Of a stretch of 37,123 bases of DNA, positions 32,413 through 37,123 are shown one piece after another. The position numbers and the translations under genes are program-made. Source of the stretch: a virus (lineage: Duplodnaviria > Caudoviricetes). The notes under the pieces are model-generated. The model saw only the letters and a list, made by a program, of their open reading frames with translations. It made no database searches and was not told the origin of the DNA. Each line of letters begins with the position of its first letter. The stretch's first letter is position 1. The DNA is taken from positions 1-37,123 of the IMG/VR virus record IMGVR_UViG_3300016476_000621, one strand, 5' to 3'.

Positions 32413-33435
32413 TTAGAGGAACTTTTCGGCAATCAATGCCTTGAGGTTCGCTTCATTGGGGGATTTTCGGAAACTTTCGTCCACGAATTTGGATTTGGCA
32501 GTTTTGGAGGTAACGGAAGCGGGTGCAGAAGTGCTTTTCGGTGTCGCAGGTGCCTTCTTCACAGGTTGCGCCGGTTTCTTGCCCTTGCTTTCCCGAATTT
32601 TGCGCCCTTCAATCATGTCTCCAATGGATAGCTTGAAGTCAGGGAACTTTTGGATTTCAGGGAAGCTACGGATAAGCTCGTTTGCAAACTGGTATTCAGG
32701 ACTCTGCCGTTGTTTCCAGAAGGGATACGTCTTTTCCGCTTCGGCATCAAACTGCTTGCGAACTGCAACGTACTGAAGCTGGGCGGGAAGGTATTCTTCC
32801 AGGGCATCAATAGCATTCAAACGAATCTTCCGCACTTCTTCAGCGGAATACTCAATCTCCTGACCATCGTTACCCCTGATAACAGCACCGTCAGCATTTT
32901 CCTCAGCCCACCGTCTGACCTGTCGAGCGTTCTTGATTTCATCCTGGATTTCCTTTTCCGATTGGAGTTGGAAATACGGGTTGAGGTCTTTCCCGACCGG
33001 AACCACCTGCTTTTCAGCCGGTCCAGCCGTTTCAAGCTCTTTCAGTCGTTCAGTAAGCTCGTCAATCTGCTTCTCGGCTTCCTTGCGCTTGGCAATTAGC
33101 TTGTCAATGCGCTTCTGGACGCCTTTGGGCAGACCTTTGGAACTCTGCTCGGCTTCCTCATCCGTCTCCTTTTCCTCGTCCGCTTCTTCAGCTTCCTCGG
33201 TTTCGGTTTCAGATTCGGTTTCAGATTCCGTGTCCTCGTCTTCCTGCTCGGCGTCTTCTGCTTCGCTTTCGTCCTCGGTTTCGGTTTCTGTCTCAGTCTC
33301 AGCCTGAGTTGGCTGCTTTTCTTCATCAGCGAAAAGGGACTGGCGCAAAAGCCCGGTCAACTGTTCAGTGTCAATCGGCTTGGTGGGCATCGTGATTTTG
33401 GAAGGTTCACTAACCGCTTGGGTATTTTCGGGCAT
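32413..33435 (-). CDS. Scaffolding protein
   Basis: Very acidic N-terminus and GVQKRIDKL coiled coil; lies between portal and capsid. Confidence 0.8.
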   Translation of the reverse strand: MPENTQAVSEPSKITMPTKPIDTEQLTGLLRQSLFADEEKQPTQAETETETETEDESEAEDAEQEDEDTESETESETETEEAEEADEEKETDEEAEQSSKGLPKGVQKRIDKLIAKRKEAEKQIDELTERLKELETAGPAEKQVVPVGKDLNPYFQLQSEKEIQDEIKNARQVRRWAEENADGAVIRGNDGQEIEYSAEEVRKIRLNAIDALEEYLPAQLQYVAVRKQFDAEAEKTYPFWKQRQSPEYQFANELIRSFPEIQKFPDFKLSIGDMIEGRKIRESKGKKPAQPVKKAPATPKSTSAPASVTSKTAKSKFVDESFRKSPNEANLKALIAEKFL

Positions 33436-33502
33436 GGGTCAGAAGGTTTAATGACCGTTCAGAGGTCGAGGGGCATGGTTTGTAAAACCAAGAAACTAAA
33501 GA

Positions 33503-33530
33503 ATGCTAACGGACTGCCTAGGCCGGTCAA
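33503..33530 (-). promoter_or_regulatory. Promoter for the scaffold/capsid genes
   Basis: TTGACC-16 nt-TAGCAT. Confidence 0.5.
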
Positions 33531-33769
33531 GGGTTAAACTTCACCTCGTTGCCAGCCCGTTCGGCGTATTCCTGGAGAACGGCACGCAGGTCAATGAGTG
33601 CGGCAACCTGTCCAGCGTAGTGCGCTCGCGTTTCGCCAGTGCTGGCAATGTCCAGCAGGTTTGCCAGTGCGTTGTTGTGTTCGCTCTGGATGACGGCGTT
33701 CAGGGCTTCCCAGAAGGCTTGTGGACCTTTGGCGAAGGTGAAAGCTTCAATTACGTCTTTTTCGTTCAT
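33527..33769 (-). CDS. Small conserved protein after the portal gene
   Basis: 80-aa helical ORF (RAHYAGQ) with ATGA overlap. Confidence 0.7.
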   Translation of the reverse strand: MNEKDVIEAFTFAKGPQAFWEALNAVIQSEHNNALANLLDIASTGETRAHYAGQVAALIDLRAVLQEYAERAGNEVKFNP

Positions 33770-35889
33770 GCCTGCGGGGTCATTTGTTCGCTAACCGGGG
33801 TCACGCCAAGCCTTCCAATGGTGGCGTTCTGCTGCTGCTGGATGCTCATTTGGAGATTCTGGACGTAGTTCTGAAGCAACGTCTGAAACACCGGGTCGCC
33901 CTGTGCGGCCTGCTGCGCCTTCGGGTTCTTGCTCAGAACGTCCTGGGCGTATTGCAGTCGGGCTTGGGCAGTCGGGTCGTTCTCACGGTAAAGCGGTTCA
34001 TTGCCCAGCATCATCATGCCAATGTCGGTTTGCACCTCGCGGAACATCTTTTCCGATGCGGCAGACTGGTCAACGATGAGGTCACGCGCAGACTCCGGCG
34101 CCACAGCTTCGATAATCATCTGGATGAGCTTGTTCCGGTTCAACACGCCACCGGCATCGAGCGGAACCACGAACTGCGAGATGGCTTGCAGCTTCTTGGC
34201 AACCAGGTCGTTGTCGAGGGTCTGGATATTGAAGCGAATGAGGAAGTCAAAGTTGCCAGCAATGTCGGTGACGTTCTGGTTGAGCGGAACTCCAGTCACG
34301 CGCACAATCTCCTCCTGCGGCATGTATTGCAGGCACAGGCTGAACATCTGCGAGTAGATGCGGCCCCAGGTAGCAAGCCAGCGGTTCACAAGCTGCTGCT
34401 GCATCAACTGCGACTTGATAGGCACCACCGTTGCCCGGTTGAGGCCAAAGTAGTTGGCATGATTGTTCTCAACCCGCTCAATGAGGTTGAAAGCCGTCGT
34501 CGGTGCCCGTCCTGGGGCTTCCAGCCATGAGTAGTCATCTGGACGGGTGACGGGAAGCTGAACACCTGGGCCAATCTTGTTGATTTGGCCGATGCGCTTC
34601 ACGACCTTCATAGGTGGCAGCGTCTCGAAAGCAGTCCGGTCGCGGATACTGTCGTGCTGCGCCTTGATTTCGTCCTGGTCGGTCATGGCAATCTCAGGGA
34701 TGCCACGGCTTTCTGTGATTGGACGGCGGACGACCTCGCGGCGGAACTCCACAAACGGATAGTCACCATGAGCGTAGTCGAGCAGTTCGTGCTTGGCGTA
34801 AAGACCTTCTTCAACCAGCGGGCTGAACACCGTGCAGTAGATGCCAGCAACGCCGTCAGGGCCAATCTGGCGGGCGTAGGCATAGACAATCTCAATCAGG
34901 TTGTCTTGGCGAACGATAGGAGCTGCACCAAGGGTTGTGATTGTATCAAGCGGGTCGGAATACCAGGACTGCTTGCCAGCCGTGTTTGCAGCTTGGTCCA
35001 CAAAAGCCTCGTCCCAGCCGTCGTCCTTCACGTGCGACCGAAGTTCAACCTCGGTCATGTAAACGCGGCGGAAGATGACGCGGGCGTTTTGTAGGTCAAT
35101 CGTCTCAGGCGGGAAAGCAACTTCATCGAATGGCTTCAATGCCGTTACCATCGGCAGATTGCGGCGAACGTATGTTTCCTCAATCTTGCCAACGCCAGTT
35201 TCGCGCAGTTCGTTGACGAGCTTTTTAGCATCCTTGACGCTGTATTGCGGAATTGCGGCGGTGATAAGCTGCGCTGCCAGGTCTGCGCTCTCTTTGTTGG
35301 CAATGAGATTCGGAAGGTCTGCAAGCGAGGAATCCGGCATCTGCTGGGCAATGGCGGCAACCTCGTCCATGGTGATGGACTGGAAGCGGGTGCCTAGTTG
35401 CTGGTCCCAGCCAACATGGTAAACCGTCCAGCCGTAGTGCAGACCATACTGTGCGCCAAGTTCGGCCTCACGGGCAATGTCAGCACGCAGCTTTTGCTGG
35501 GTAATCCAGTTCATCAGCGTATTGGCACCGGATGCCGCAGCCATGTCGTTGAACTCGGTCGCCGTAACGCTCAACTGACTGCGCTCAAAACTGGTCGTCA
35601 GTAGGCATGAAAGCTCGTTGATGGTGGCATCAACCAGACGGTTGCGAACGTCAGAAGCACCTTCAAACGGGAAAGCCTGGCGGTTGTTCGGCAGGTTCTC
35701 TGAGTGCTTTTTACCATCATCGGACTGCCCCGACCAGCGGCAAAAGCGAATATCATCAGAGTTGGAAAGCCGTTCAAGGTCTGCCGTGGTGTAAAGGCAC
35801 CGGGTAAGCTCGCTGGAAAGCTCATTAACGTCTGGCGTCTCAGAGTAAAAAGTCAGCTTGTCGCCGTTCGTGTTGTTCTTGTAGTCCAT
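33766..35889 (-). CDS. Portal protein
   Basis: 707 aa directly after terL; PFEGASD and SRGIPE motifs; Gln-rich tail. Confidence 0.88.
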   Translation of the reverse strand: MDYKNNTNGDKLTFYSETPDVNELSSELTRCLYTTADLERLSNSDDIRFCRWSGQSDDGKKHSENLPNNRQAFPFEGASDVRNRLVDATINELSCLLTTSFERSQLSVTATEFNDMAAASGANTLMNWITQQKLRADIAREAELGAQYGLHYGWTVYHVGWDQQLGTRFQSITMDEVAAIAQQMPDSSLADLPNLIANKESADLAAQLITAAIPQYSVKDAKKLVNELRETGVGKIEETYVRRNLPMVTALKPFDEVAFPPETIDLQNARVIFRRVYMTEVELRSHVKDDGWDEAFVDQAANTAGKQSWYSDPLDTITTLGAAPIVRQDNLIEIVYAYARQIGPDGVAGIYCTVFSPLVEEGLYAKHELLDYAHGDYPFVEFRREVVRRPITESRGIPEIAMTDQDEIKAQHDSIRDRTAFETLPPMKVVKRIGQINKIGPGVQLPVTRPDDYSWLEAPGRAPTTAFNLIERVENNHANYFGLNRATVVPIKSQLMQQQLVNRWLATWGRIYSQMFSLCLQYMPQEEIVRVTGVPLNQNVTDIAGNFDFLIRFNIQTLDNDLVAKKLQAISQFVVPLDAGGVLNRNKLIQMIIEAVAPESARDLIVDQSAASEKMFREVQTDIGMMMLGNEPLYRENDPTAQARLQYAQDVLSKNPKAQQAAQGDPVFQTLLQNYVQNLQMSIQQQQNATIGRLGVTPVSEQMTPQA

Positions 35890-37123
35890 TTAATAGCTCC
35901 CGATTTGGCCTTGAGGTTGGTAACTGGTGATCGTTTCGTCTGCCGGGTTCATCACGGCAAGGTAGCGGAGAACGTCAACCGGGTCTTTGGTTGCGCCCTT
36001 ATCGCCGTCTGCGCCTGTCCATTCGCGCAGCGAGTAAATGAGGTTGCGGCAGTTCTCACTGATGTAAAGTTTAGGCTCATTATGGAGAGCAAGCAAGGGT
36101 TGGTCCTTGTCCCATGCAAGCCAGTCGTTGATAATGCTGATTCCTTCCTCAACCCGCAGACCGGCAGCAGGCGTGAACCACATCGGGTCAGGGTCTTCCT
36201 GCAAAAGGTCAATGAGAGAGGTGCCACCATCCCTTCCGATGGCTTGAGTGCCACCTGCTCGGGGGTCAATGAAGCGTTCCGCGATGGTTTCGCGGCCTTC
36301 TAGCTCCCGAATCAGGGCTTTGTAGTCAGCAATGCCTCGGCCTGCGCCGTTTCGCTGCGCTGTGCCTGCTTTTCCGTCCGATTTATCGCTGGGAATCGCC
36401 CATTCACCGTAGGAAATGTCAGGCCATTCGCGGTAAATGAACCTTCTGCCGTATTCGTCCACCCTGAGCCAGAGCATGAACCAGTTTCTTGCTCCGGCAG
36501 GGTCAACAGCCATGTAATTTGTGCCGTTTTCTGGGATTTTGTCGTGAGGAATCACGTTCCAGTCACCGAACCGCGGGAATTGCGACCCGGCAAGGCTCTC
36601 AGCGTAGCCATAAGCACGAATTTTGACCTCATAGCCCGTTCTCCCGTGCAGTGCCCGCTGGATTTCGGTGAATGGCGAGTATTGGTTAAGCTCCGAATGG
36701 AACCACATCACCCTTCCGTTGGGCTTGTGGCACCTGGCAACGTGCGGCATCATGCCTCTATCGCCGCCAGGGACGTTGATATGGTCGGCAAGCAGGCTTG
36801 CAGGCTTCCAATCGGTGATGGAAGCACCGGCCATGTATTCCTTGACCACGCTCGTATAGCCTGAAATGGGCGTGAAGGTCAGCACCATCTTGCCTCGGCG
36901 GCTCGCCAGACGGTAGCGGAGGGTCTTTAGCCAGTCATTGTTCACCTCTTCGTCAATCCACAGGAAATCAATCTCACCGCCTTCGATGACTTTAATGTCC
37001 TGTGACTGGTTCAGGAACCAGCACTGGCTGCGGTTCGGTAGAACGAAGGTGTTTTCACTGAAGCCGTTCTTCTGCGTGAAGCTAACGTTGGTGATTTTGG
37101 TCTTCTTGGCGGTCTTGAACTCG
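35890..37123 (-). CDS. terL: Terminase large subunit, C-terminal part
   Basis: Open from 37123; Walker B FLWIDEE, FTP coupling motif, nuclease AVDPAG and KDPVDVLRY. Confidence 0.93.
   Translation of the reverse strand, partial: EFKTAKKTKITNVSFTQKNGFSENTFVLPNRSQCWFLNQSQDIKVIEGGEIDFLWIDEEVNNDWLKTLRYRLASRRGKMVLTFTPISGYTSVVKEYMAGASITDWKPASLLADHINVPGGDRGMMPHVARCHKPNGRVMWFHSELNQYSPFTEIQRALHGRTGYEVKIRAYGYAESLAGSQFPRFGDWNVIPHDKIPENGTNYMAVDPAGARNWFMLWLRVDEYGRRFIYREWPDISYGEWAIPSDKSDGKAGTAQRNGAGRGIADYKALIRELEGRETIAERFIDPRAGGTQAIGRDGGTSLIDLLQEDPDPMWFTPAAGLRVEEGISIINDWLAWDKDQPLLALHNEPKLYISENCRNLIYSLREWTGADGDKGATKDPVDVLRYLAVMNPADETITSYQPQGQIGSY

Noticed and set aside
33160-33310. TTCGGT/GAAACC-like short repeats
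   Set aside because: Explained by the low-complexity Glu-Thr coding of the scaffold N-terminus.
1-37123. tRNA genes, integrase/attP, alternative genetic code
   Set aside because: I saw no cloverleaf with T-loop consensus and no recombinase ORF. Genes tile fully under the standard code, with TAA, TAG and TGA all used as stops.

Overview
The window appears to be a complete, circularly permuted 37,123-bp tailed-phage genome. The terminase large subunit gene runs off position 1 and resumes in frame at position 37123. Essentially all credible genes lie on the minus strand. Their order is: TerL, portal, scaffold, major capsid, adaptor, small decoration/fibre proteins, lysis genes, tail nozzle, fibre, ejection (internal virion) proteins including a 1464-aa modular protein, metallophosphoesterase, recombination module (AAA ATPase, RecE-like exonuclease, SSB-like protein, Holliday resolvase), many small accessory genes, replication initiator, adenine MTase, DnaB, cytosine MTase, DUF1599, HEXXH peptidase, putative TerS and small genes. 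The lack of a tape measure or sheath indicates a podovirus-type virion. I recognised no DNA or RNA polymerase, integrase, tRNA or CRISPR array. A PEP-CTERM gene and A/C-rich leaders without Shine-Dalgarno sequences suggest a Verrucomicrobiota-like host (inference). The most notable items are: (1) a signal-peptide-less mini PEP-CTERM protein; (2) two promoter-proximal RNA leaders of unrelated sequence but identical design, a hairpin loop complementary to a loop in a downstream terminator, one ahead of the replication gene and one ahead of a ~350-nt structured antisense-strand region; (3) RFQP-delimited swappable cassettes in the giant ejection protein; (4) a mini-gene array joined by 56-bp junction repeats; (5) 11-bp-phased ACGCGT iterons inside the initiator gene. 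All calls come from motif recognition by eye; no searches were run.
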